Shown here piece by piece: positions 9,591 to 17,885 of a DNA stretch of 64,000 nucleotides. Source of the stretch: a virus. The stretch's first letter is position 1; the number at the start of each line of letters is the position of its first letter. The stretch lies in the IMG/VR virus record IMGVR_UViG_3300025131_000013, positions 29,476 to 93,475 of that record. One strand, written 5' to 3'. The translations under genes were made by a program, and so were the position numbers. The notes below the pieces were generated by a model, which did no database searches, had not been told where the DNA came from, and was given only the letters and a program-made list of their open reading frames with translations.

Positions 9591-10145
9591 ATGGCGATTA
9601 AAAATCTTGTTCCAAAGGAGCAAGATAAGGTTCCTGTAACTCAACTTCGATGGATGATGGATCTGAGGAATAGGGATCAGGGCGTCCGGGATGCTCTAGG
9701 GATAGAGGGGCAACAGACTTGGGAAGAGCAATTGGCTTGGTACAAGGGTTTCATCTTCGACCATAAATCAGCTATTTATATGATTCACTACGGCAGTAAT
9801 TTTGCCGGATACTTGAACTTTACAGCTCTTGATCTAAAGGGAAGGCACACTGAGATAGGGATTAAGATGACTGAGGCCTACCGGGGACAGGGGATAGGGA
9901 GGCAAGCCTTCGAGTTCTGGTGTGATATGCTTACCAAATACTATAACCTGAATAAGCTCTACCTTTGGGTAAGGGAGCATAATTTACCCGCAATAGGCCT
10001 GTATGAGTCTATGGGTTTTGTTGAAACAGGGCGCCACAAGGCTCACTTTTATGATGATGAATCAGGTCATTGGAGCGATTATATCTTAATGTCTCTGTAC
10101 CATATTCTCTTTACGCCTTCAACTATAGAGAAGAAGGATGGTTGA
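9591..10145 (+). CDS. GNAT N-acetyltransferase (PseH-like)
   Basis: QTWEEQLAWY, EIGI, YRGQGIG (AcCoA motif), NLPAIGLYESMGFVETG. Confidence 0.88.
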   Translation: MAIKNLVPKEQDKVPVTQLRWMMDLRNRDQGVRDALGIEGQQTWEEQLAWYKGFIFDHKSAIYMIHYGSNFAGYLNFTALDLKGRHTEIGIKMTEAYRGQGIGRQAFEFWCDMLTKYYNLNKLYLWVREHNLPAIGLYESMGFVETGRHKAHFYDDESGHWSDYILMSLYHILFTPSTIEKKDG

Positions 10146-10198
10146 TTCTATCCAAGGTTGTTGGTATAAGTTAGCGACCGAACTATTTCAGGAGAAAT

Positions 10199-10834
10199 GT
10201 GATGCCCTACGCTGTAGCAAATGACGCCGCGTCTCTTGCTGGCCTACAGGCTGGTGATGTAACAGCGGCCCACGCAACCCTAGCAGACGATATCGTTGAC
10301 TCTCTGATGAATAGGGTGCCGGATGGTTTTAATCAAGTCACAGCTTCTGCGGAGTCACACACAGTGCGTATCGCTGGAACGCGTGAGCTTCTATTAAATC
10401 ATCATCCGGTGATTTCTATTACTACGGTGGTAGTGGACGCCAGGGCTTCTAATCCTACCACTCTAAATTCGGGTAACTATAGAGAGGAAAATGGAATCCT
10501 CAAGTTAGTTACCCCGGCTGCGGTGAACGCAGGGATAGAGTGGGTTTCTTCATGGCCAGTTGGAATCGAGCAAGTTGATGTCACCTACGAATACGGATAT
10601 TCGTCAACTCCTGCTCTGATAGTCCAACTGGCTAATATTATCGCCGGAGAGATTGGCAAGAAGGCTAATCAAGCAGCCAATCAGCCAGCCTCCGGAGCTT
10701 CAAAAGTCCGAATCGGAGACTTTGAGGAGCAGTATGCGTCCGGATCAATGGACGCTATTACTCAAATGCTTACTGAAACAGGCAAGGTAATCCTTGCTCA
10801 AGCGAACTTAATTTATCGGGAGTATCGCTACTGA
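10199..10834 (+). CDS. Head-tail connector/adaptor (gp6/gp15-like)
   Basis: LLLNHHPVISITTV...VDVTYEYGYSSTPALI...KVRIGDFEEQY; position before stopper and tail genes. Confidence 0.75.
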   Translation: MMPYAVANDAASLAGLQAGDVTAAHATLADDIVDSLMNRVPDGFNQVTASAESHTVRIAGTRELLLNHHPVISITTVVVDARASNPTTLNSGNYREENGILKLVTPAAVNAGIEWVSSWPVGIEQVDVTYEYGYSSTPALIVQLANIIAGEIGKKANQAANQPASGASKVRIGDFEEQYASGSMDAITQMLTETGKVILAQANLIYREYRY

Positions 10835-11199
10835 TGGCTATCCAGATCCCGACAATATATCTGAATCGGATAGCAACAATTACACGACCTGCCGATCCTT
10901 CAACTGCTGATGCTTCTGGTGTGATCGGAGCACACACTACTGTTTCATTAGTTGCTAAGATAAGGATCTACCAGAACGATGATTATGGAGGTCGGACTGG
11001 TAAGATTGAAGAACAGGGTGTTGTAGCCGCTTCCTCGCATAAGGCGGTAGTTGGTGCGAACGAGGATGTATTAGCTGGAGATACGCTGGTAGATAATGCT
11101 ACAAGTGAGTCCTTTTCAATTAACCTAGTAGATAGTCAGCCAGCAGGATACGTAGGCTCTCATAAAGAGATTTGGCTGACTTCGTCAGAGTATAAGTAA
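10834..11199 (+). CDS. Head closure/stopper protein
   Basis: LNRIATITRP...DVLAGDTL...HKEIWL; synteny. Confidence 0.65.
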   Translation: MAIQIPTIYLNRIATITRPADPSTADASGVIGAHTTVSLVAKIRIYQNDDYGGRTGKIEEQGVVAASSHKAVVGANEDVLAGDTLVDNATSESFSINLVDSQPAGYVGSHKEIWLTSSEYK

Positions 11200-11642
11200 T
11201 GGCTTCTAACAGACACATCTTTAGTGTAAGGTGGATAGGCATACCTAGCGCAATTATTAGCTTCCAGAATGAATTTAACGCAATTATTCGTGAAGCTAGG
11301 ACAGTTGTGAAGAATACAGCTAACCGGACAGCTAGGAAGTCAGCTACTGCTCTTAGGCGAGGCAGGTATAAGGCGTATCAGTCAGGGAGACTTGCTAGTG
11401 CCCACTCGGTTGCTGAAATGATGAATACAAATACGATAAAGACATATAGGGTTGCTAACACCTCAGACTACGCTCTGTTTATTCATAACGGGACCAAAAG
11501 GATGGCTGGTAGGCCGTGGCTCCGAGGAACGCTGAACGGAGAAATACCTAAGTTTACTAAGGATATCAGGGCTGTGGTTGCTCGTAAGAAGACAGTTGAG
11601 GTTGGGTCAGCACCTTCGTTATCCTTTACGGCTGGAAGGTAA
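11199..11642 (+). CDS. HK97 gp10-like tail completion/neck protein
   Basis: SGRLASAH...DYALFIHNGTKRMAGRPWL motif. Confidence 0.8.
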   Translation: MASNRHIFSVRWIGIPSAIISFQNEFNAIIREARTVVKNTANRTARKSATALRRGRYKAYQSGRLASAHSVAEMMNTNTIKTYRVANTSDYALFIHNGTKRMAGRPWLRGTLNGEIPKFTKDIRAVVARKKTVEVGSAPSLSFTAGR

Positions 11643-11645
11643 GAG

Positions 11646-12080
11646 ATGCCAGCAATTGCCCAAGATGATTATTTAATACAAGCCGCAATAGCCTATCTTC
11701 TGGCTGATGCGGATGTTTCTGGTATAGTAGGAACGGATGTATACCAGAAAGATACGGAACTCGTTGGGGTAACACCACCTTACGTGACCGTGGGATTCGA
11801 TTTTGAATCCAAAGTTTTAGGAATCTCGTCAAATAGGGGAACTTTCACGGTGATATGCTGGTATGCGGATAGTCCGTCTACCAACATCACACTACTCCGT
11901 CAACTGGCAGCAGAGGTTCGTAGGTTGTTCGACGTAGAGCACGCAGTTTCCTCCATTTTATCATATAAGAGCGGCCTCAAACTGCGCTACTCATCTCTAC
12001 GTGACTCTCCAGTCTTAGTCGATACAACCGACAACCTGTATTGGTGTCCAGCTGAGTTTGACGCTATTCTAGACACCTAA
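11646..12080 (+). CDS. Tail terminator protein
   Basis: QAAIAYLLADADVSGIVGTDVY...PPYVTVG; immediately upstream of tail tube. Confidence 0.75.
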   Translation: MPAIAQDDYLIQAAIAYLLADADVSGIVGTDVYQKDTELVGVTPPYVTVGFDFESKVLGISSNRGTFTVICWYADSPSTNITLLRQLAAEVRRLFDVEHAVSSILSYKSGLKLRYSSLRDSPVLVDTTDNLYWCPAEFDAILDT

Positions 12081-12100
12081 CTACGAAAGGAGGTGGAAAA

Positions 12101-12592
12101 TTGGCTGTTCAGTTCGGTATTGCTACGATGAAGATGACGCCGCAGACTGCGGGCGGATCTCCTGACTCTAATGTAGGTCCGATCACCATGGGAATTCTTC
12201 AGAATGTGTCGTTGGACTTCTCGTTCGACTTTGCACAGCTATACGGTGGTTCTGGAGTGTTCCCGGTAGATGTTCGCGTCCATACAGGTTCTATTAACGG
12301 TCAGGCTGAAGAAGCTGAGATGACCGGCATCTTCTTCGCTTTATTGACTGGCGGGACTCAATCGAACGCAACGGTGACATTCACGAATACTACTCAGCCA
12401 ACGGAGTGGCAGCTTGAGTTGGAATTGGCTACGGATAGTTCGGATATGAACTTTACGTTGAATGCTTGCCGTTCTTCGTCGTTCAATGTCCCGTTCGCCC
12501 GTGATAGTCATGTTATTACCGGATTTCAGTTCCAGGCTTTTGCCGATAATAGCGGTAATATCGGAACACTTGTGATAGATGATCCAAGCTAA
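12101..12592 (+). CDS. Major tail tube protein
   Basis: Strong SD AAGGAGG + TTG. Beta-rich (LQNVSLDFSFDFAQLYG...FQFQAFAD). Followed by a terminator and the chaperone/TMP genes. Ends ...DDPS. Confidence 0.8.
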   Translation: MAVQFGIATMKMTPQTAGGSPDSNVGPITMGILQNVSLDFSFDFAQLYGGSGVFPVDVRVHTGSINGQAEEAEMTGIFFALLTGGTQSNATVTFTNTTQPTEWQLELELATDSSDMNFTLNACRSSSFNVPFARDSHVITGFQFQAFADNSGNIGTLVIDDPS

Positions 12593-12619
12593 GTAGTTAA
12601 GAACACCCAACAGGCCTGT

Positions 12620-12654
12620 AGGGTGGCGGCGCTTGGGTCGTCACCCTCCTTTAC
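12620..12654 (+). terminator. Putative intrinsic terminator after tail tube gene
   Basis: AGGGTGGCGGC-GCTTGG-GTCGTCACCCT 11 bp stem followed by CCTTTAC. Confidence 0.65.
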
Positions 12655-12669
12655 TACGGAGTAGTCAAG

Positions 12670-13182
12670 ATGAATGCACCAATAAAGAAGCATAAGAGTA
12701 AGAAGAAACGCCGTCCAGAGACACCTCTTGAACCTGAAGCCGTAAAGGAAGTGGAGGATGAAGAGGAAGCTGGTGTGTTTGAGGAAGAGGATGAACTCTC
12801 TGTTTTGGAAATAGCCTCTGATCTTGATGGCACTCCACGGCCAGATGAGAACTTTGTTCTTAAGATCAATGGTAAGGACTACAAACTCGTTCCTGCTACC
12901 TTACGAGACATCCCGAAGTTGGGTGGTCTCGTTCAGTCGATTACTGCCTCGGCTGAGGATGAAGATGAGATGTCTTTCTTCTCTGAAGAGAAAGTCAATC
13001 TCGTTGCTGAACTAATTCTACTTTCCCTCTCGAAAAAAGATCGCAAGAAGGTCACAATAGACGACATTCTTGATTCTTGTCAGTTTGCAGACTTTCCGTT
13101 GGCGCTTCAGGCTTGTCTAAGTCTGAATGATTTTTTAAGAAGGATGGGTCAAGTCAAGAGGACGATGGAGAGCCTGGTCTAG
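12670..13182 (+). CDS. Tail assembly chaperone (gpG-like)
   Basis: Between tail tube and TMP; LKINGKDYKL; slippery site near 3' end. Confidence 0.8.
   Translation: MNAPIKKHKSKKKRRPETPLEPEAVKEVEDEEEAGVFEEEDELSVLEIASDLDGTPRPDENFVLKINGKDYKLVPATLRDIPKLGGLVQSITASAEDEDEMSFFSEEKVNLVAELILLSLSKKDRKKVTIDDILDSCQFADFPLALQACLSLNDFLRRMGQVKRTMESLV
13131..13137 (+). promoter_or_regulatory. -1 programmed ribosomal frameshift site T TTT TTA
   Basis: In-frame GAT TTT TTA; the -1 frame is open (KKDGSSQEDDGEPGLVDPYHIAMTM...) into the 13203-13670 ORF. Confidence 0.85.
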
Positions 13183-13670
13183 TCGATCCTTATCATATAG
13201 CTATGACAATGTATGTGTTCTGTAGCGAATGTGGCTGGAAGCCAAAAGACTTCTTTGACTTAACTCGCAGGCAAATGAATGCCCTTATGAAGGGGCGAGA
13301 GAAATGGTTCAGACAAAAAGCGAAGGCAGAGGAAGATGCTGAGAAGGGCATCAAGCCTAGAGAACCTGTAAAAGGCGGTAACTATCGAACCAGAGCGGAA
13401 AATATCCACTATAATAAGGAGGCAGGAAACGCTTCGATTGTCGGTGGTAGCGAGATTAGTAAAGCGATAGAGGTTGCCGGCGATAAGGGCAAGATATCAG
13501 TTAGCTCCACCGGGGGAATGTTTGAAGGTCTTTCTAAGGCAGGCGGGATGGATACGAAGGTCTGGAGAGGCGGGGTCAAGAGGAAGGATCGACCCAAGAG
13601 TCAGAAGGAAAAGATAGCAGCAATCAAACGGGAAATGGCTCATAACGAAAAGCACTACGGGATAGACTAA
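13137..13670 (+). CDS. Tail assembly chaperone C-terminal part (gpT-like, made as G-T fusion)
   Basis: CGWKPKDFFDLTRRQMNALM matches the gpT-like W...f..lT..q motif; no clear own SD. Confidence 0.78.
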   Translation, partial: KKDGSSQEDDGEPGLVDPYHIAMTMYVFCSECGWKPKDFFDLTRRQMNALMKGREKWFRQKAKAEEDAEKGIKPREPVKGGNYRTRAENIHYNKEAGNASIVGGSEISKAIEVAGDKGKISVSSTGGMFEGLSKAGGMDTKVWRGGVKRKDRPKSQKEKIAAIKREMAHNEKHYGID

Positions 13671-13671
13671 G

Positions 13672-16600
13672 ATGCCATCTAAAGTAGCCTCAATATTTGC
13701 CGACATCGGCGTTGTTTTAGGGGGATTCAATAGAGGAATGCAGGCCATCAAGTCCTCATTCCTTACCCTTAATAATGTTGCTGGTGATTCAGAGGCAATT
13801 CTGCGTCAAGCGGGATTTGCTTTAACAGCTGTTAGTGTTGCCGCTGCTGCACTAGGCAGAGTAACTATAAAGACATTCGTTGAGTTCGAGCAGTCCATAG
13901 CGAACGTAGCGAGTGTCCTGGATGGCATGGATAGTGATTTTGAGGCGTTAGAAAGTGCCGCCAGAAAAGCAGCTATCCAGACTATTTTTACGGCTAACCA
14001 AGCCGCAGATGCTATGTATGTTCTTGGTTCTGCCGGTCTTGAGACGGGTGAGATCTTCTCAGCCCTTGAGCCTATTCTCGCTCTTGCTGCCGCTACTCAA
14101 GCTGAGATCGCTGATTCCGCTCGACTAGTGGTATCGGCGATGGTTGCTTTCCAGATCCCGTTCTCGGATACCGCTAGAGCAGCCAACGCATTTGCCGCGG
14201 CAATCGCGAATTCTCAGGCTACTATGGATAGGTTGACGAACTCAATGAAGTTTGTCGCCCCGGTAGCCAGAGCCGCAGGAATCTCGTTTGAGCAGACTAC
14301 GGCGGCACTCTCCCAGTTACTCGACGCAGGCATCTCTGCTTCGACTGCTGGCGTCTACCTCCGTGGTATTATGCTGAGTCTTCAGAATCCTACTATGAGG
14401 GCTAGAGGCGCAATTCGATCTCTTGGGCTCAGCATGGAGGATGTTTCACCTCAGGTGAATGATCTGGCTCAGATTATCCAGAACCTTGAAAGCGTCCAAG
14501 CGGGTGCCGTAGATAAGGGTGATGAGCTAGCGGACATCTTCGGTAGACGTTATACCACCGCAATGCAGGTCTTGATCCGGCTAGGATCTACTGCTCTTAG
14601 GGACTTTGAGGCCGGGATTACTGGGACCAATAAGGCTTTCGATCTTCAGATGGTCCAGATTACGACCGTCAAGGGTGGCTGGTTACTCCTTAAGTCAGTC
14701 CTTCAGGATTTAGCTATTGGGCTCGGCAAGGTTCTCCTGCCGGCTCTTGACTTTGTTACTAAGTCATTGAGAGGGATGTTCCTACTCATCAACGAAGCGT
14801 TCAATGCCTTGCCTCCGATCCTTCAGAAAGCAGTGGTAGGGTTCGGTGCTCTAGCTACGGTCCTGATAGCAGTCCTTGGCCCACTGGCTTTATTTGTAGG
14901 ATTCTTGCCTAAGATGGCGTTAGGTATAGGCCTGATTGCGGGCACTATAGCATCGAGTATTGCCCCGTTTATAGCTTGGGCGGGAGCTATAGGATTGGCG
15001 GTGACCGCTATCGCAGGGGCTACAGCTGCTTTCATGGCCTTCCGAAAAGGTTCTGAATCCGGAATCAAGCGTCCTGTTGAAGAGACTATGTCTGTCCTTC
15101 GGGCCTTTGAGCAGAGGGTAGACCGGACTAACTTCTTGCTGGACGAGTATGCGCAGGGTGGAGAAAAGGCAGCCCATGCCGCTGGTGAGCTAGGAAGAAT
15201 GTTTGTTGGCGTGGAGATGTCTACTACGGCAATGGGTAAAGCCCTTACTGTAAATACGGTTGCTATTCGCGAGCAGATCCAAGCAGAGAGAGAATTAATA
15301 GACATCAAACGCCAATCTCTAGCTACCGATCTACTGACTAATATAGATCAGGAGGTCAAGAAAAGAGATGAATTAATAGAGAGAGTAAGGATATCAGAGA
15401 GAGTCTACGAGGGCTCATTAAGAGTTGCTCGCGGCATGGTGGCGATCGGTAACCAGTCTGCGGCAGCCACCAAGAAACAAAATGATCGCCTTTCAGCAGC
15501 TACAAGGACTAGGGAAGCTGACGTAAATGCTCTTGAAGCTCAAGAGAAGGCTTTGTCTAATACTATAGCTCAATTTGTTAGGGCTGAGTTAGGTATTACT
15601 TCTGGTGAGATTTCTCTTGAAGAGTTTACGGCTGCGGTTGTCGCCGCACGACCTGCTCTTGCCGCTCTTGCCCCGGAATTGTATAAGATTTTCCAGCAGA
15701 ATCAGAAATTGAACAAATCAGGCGGGGGATCTACTCAGCGAGATAGGGCTGAACGCCTTAAGGCTGAGACGGATATCCAGAAAGCCCGGTTTGGAGCAGT
15801 TGCGGCAGCTAACGCCTTGATCCAGGATGAGCTTGAGAGGGCGTTGGCAGCTAATAACCTTGCTTTGGACAAAGCCCTTGCGGACGCTGAGAAGAGGGGC
15901 AAGGAAGTAGCAGTCTCTCTAGGAGAGACTATTGGATTAGCCCACGAAGGGCGTTTGGCTGAGAATGCCTTTAAGCGAAAGGATGCGGCCGACAAGAAAG
16001 CGCGTGACGCAGCAGAAAAGAGGGCGATAGCTTCAGCTGAACGCATAGCTAGGGTCAGAAATCAGTTCGAGCAGCAGTCAAATGCCGCTATCGCTGTATC
16101 CAGAGCCAATATGATTGCGGATATTGATCAGCGTGAGATGGCTCAGCTCAAGGCTAGATTTGCTAATCAGATAGTAGCTATTAAAAGATTTGTGGATGAG
16201 AATGCTGAACTGAGTGTTGAAGGTAAGAGGCTGGCCAACCTTAGAATCTTAACTCTTGAGCAAGAGCTCATCTTCAAAGAAGATGAGCTTAGGGTTAAAC
16301 AGGCTGAGCGTAGGGAGGATGAGAGGAAAGCAGAAGTCAAGAGATTGAAGAAAGAAAGAGATAAGGCTCTGTCTGAGGATAATCAGTTACAGGAAACGAT
16401 GGCCGTAATTGATGGGATCCTGGGAGATTTCAGTAGGGATATTCAGGATATAGTCTTGGACGGTCTGTTCGGTGGAAATAAGGAAGTAGACCGAAGAACC
16501 AGAGATAGACTGCAAGATCTGGATGAGTTCCATCGCCAGCAGAAGGCAAGATTAGCTGGAAATTCCTCGGCTCTCATGGCTCTTGAAAGAGATGTGGCAG

Positions 16601-17127
16601 AGCAGAGAAGAAGGATTCAGCAGGACGCAAACGAGCAGATAGGGTCGGCCTGGACTAAATTATGGGAAGGCCTCAAGAGATCCTTCATACGGAATATCCT
16701 ACAGTCGATGGAGCGTAGTCTACGTGAGTTCATCAAGAGAGCAATCTTAAGGCTGGCTGCTCTCAGGCTAGGAGAGGCTGCGGCGCGTAAGGAGGGTGGC
16801 GGGATGCTTACCTTCCTGAAGGTATTGGGGACGTTCGCTTCAATAGCGTCCGGCAATCCGTTGCCTGCTCTAGCTGCTGGATCTATCGATCAAGTAGTAG
16901 GAGGAGGTGGTGGTGGTGCCGGACCTGGGACGCATCGTAGTCCTGATTCAGTTCCATTTGCTGGCAAACCAGCTTTAGGCAGAGGTGAAGGCATTACGGT
17001 AGTGATCAATAATGATGGTCTTATGAGAGGTGCTCTTGTTATGGCAGACGATCCAGAGATTATGGATCGAGTTGTCAGGAATACGCTTGAGCCGGCCATC
17101 GCTAGAATTCAATCAGAGAACTTGTAA
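13672..17127 (+). CDS. Tail tape measure protein (TP901 family)
   Basis: FEQSIANVASV...TIFTANQAADAMYVLGSAG...MKFVAPVARAAG...GISASTAG; Ala-rich coiled coils with hydrophobic segments. Confidence 0.95.
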   Translation: MPSKVASIFADIGVVLGGFNRGMQAIKSSFLTLNNVAGDSEAILRQAGFALTAVSVAAAALGRVTIKTFVEFEQSIANVASVLDGMDSDFEALESAARKAAIQTIFTANQAADAMYVLGSAGLETGEIFSALEPILALAAATQAEIADSARLVVSAMVAFQIPFSDTARAANAFAAAIANSQATMDRLTNSMKFVAPVARAAGISFEQTTAALSQLLDAGISASTAGVYLRGIMLSLQNPTMRARGAIRSLGLSMEDVSPQVNDLAQIIQNLESVQAGAVDKGDELADIFGRRYTTAMQVLIRLGSTALRDFEAGITGTNKAFDLQMVQITTVKGGWLLLKSVLQDLAIGLGKVLLPALDFVTKSLRGMFLLINEAFNALPPILQKAVVGFGALATVLIAVLGPLALFVGFLPKMALGIGLIAGTIASSIAPFIAWAGAIGLAVTAIAGATAAFMAFRKGSESGIKRPVEETMSVLRAFEQRVDRTNFLLDEYAQGGEKAAHAAGELGRMFVGVEMSTTAMGKALTVNTVAIREQIQAERELIDIKRQSLATDLLTNIDQEVKKRDELIERVRISERVYEGSLRVARGMVAIGNQSAAATKKQNDRLSAATRTREADVNALEAQEKALSNTIAQFVRAELGITSGEISLEEFTAAVVAARPALAALAPELYKIFQQNQKLNKSGGGSTQRDRAERLKAETDIQKARFGAVAAANALIQDELERALAANNLALDKALADAEKRGKEVAVSLGETIGLAHEGRLAENAFKRKDAADKKARDAAEKRAIASAERIARVRNQFEQQSNAAIAVSRANMIADIDQREMAQLKARFANQIVAIKRFVDENAELSVEGKRLANLRILTLEQELIFKEDELRVKQAERREDERKAEVKRLKKERDKALSEDNQLQETMAVIDGILGDFSRDIQDIVLDGLFGGNKEVDRRTRDRLQDLDEFHRQQKARLAGNSSALMALERDVAEQRRRIQQDANEQIGSAWTKLWEGLKRSFIRNILQSMERSLREFIKRAILRLAALRLGEAAARKEGGGMLTFLKVLGTFASIASGNPLPALAAGSIDQVVGGGGGGAGPGTHRSPDSVPFAGKPALGRGEGITVVINNDGLMRGALVMADDPEIMDRVVRNTLEPAIARIQSENL

Positions 17128-17885
17128 TGAAAACAGTAGATGTGACATTCCTAGCAGAGCAAAATAAGCTCTCTGGCTCTAAGGCAATCGAAGAGGCCAA
17201 GGTATACAAGAGGTATCCGTGGCCGATAACTGAGATTGTGGATGCCGGGAATTTCAAAGTAGAAGGGCACGCAGAAGATCATTTTTCCTTGAATGATTGG
17301 TTCATCATAACTACGAGGAAATTTAGCACCAAGTTTAGAGTGACTGGGACTCCATCGTTCGCATCAGGAGTGACTAATATACCTTCTGCTGCTCACTCTT
17401 TAGGGACGGCGCAAGATGTCGGAGGCTTCGTAGCCAAGCGTTATGACGTCTCAAGGCAGGTCTTGAAGATAGGGACAATAAGTCAGAGGTTTGAAGGACA
17501 AACTCTGAATAGCTTTAGGACTGGTGCCGCCACTATAGAGATGAACGACAGGGCATATCTAAATCTGTATGACGAGGCAAATCAAGATGGGGTATTCTTC
17601 CAGAGAAGCTGGTCGGATACCATAAGTGTCTCTACGCCTGGTGCCAGCACGACAGTATTTACCTTAGTTACCGGAGGTTTGACGACTAATAAGCTGAGGG
17701 GCTACACCCTACAGCTTTTATCAGGCCCCTACGAAGGCAAAGCCTACCCTATTATAGCAAATGCGGCAGGGACCGTTACGATTCAGGGAGTCGTTAGTAA
17801 TGCTATATCTGGAGATGAGGTTTTGCTTGCTCTTGAGAATCTATTCTATGGCGAAATCTTGGCCGGATTTAAGGGTGCTCTGTAA
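17127..17885 (+). CDS. Tail tip/hub protein, N-terminal part
   Basis: Immediately after TMP; DVSRQVLKIGTISQRFE...GAATIEMND...EILAGFKG resembles the first half of a hub domain. Confidence 0.55.
   Translation: MKTVDVTFLAEQNKLSGSKAIEEAKVYKRYPWPITEIVDAGNFKVEGHAEDHFSLNDWFIITTRKFSTKFRVTGTPSFASGVTNIPSAAHSLGTAQDVGGFVAKRYDVSRQVLKIGTISQRFEGQTLNSFRTGAATIEMNDRAYLNLYDEANQDGVFFQRSWSDTISVSTPGASTTVFTLVTGGLTTNKLRGYTLQLLSGPYEGKAYPIIANAAGTVTIQGVVSNAISGDEVLLALENLFYGEILAGFKGAL

Noticed and set aside
1787-10145. GT island as bacterial contamination/misassembly or O-antigen conversion locus
   Set aside because: Same strand, similar sequence style and the same SD-TCAAGA motif as phage genes; no flippase, polymerase or Gtr membrane proteins. 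Read-level assembly support could not be checked.
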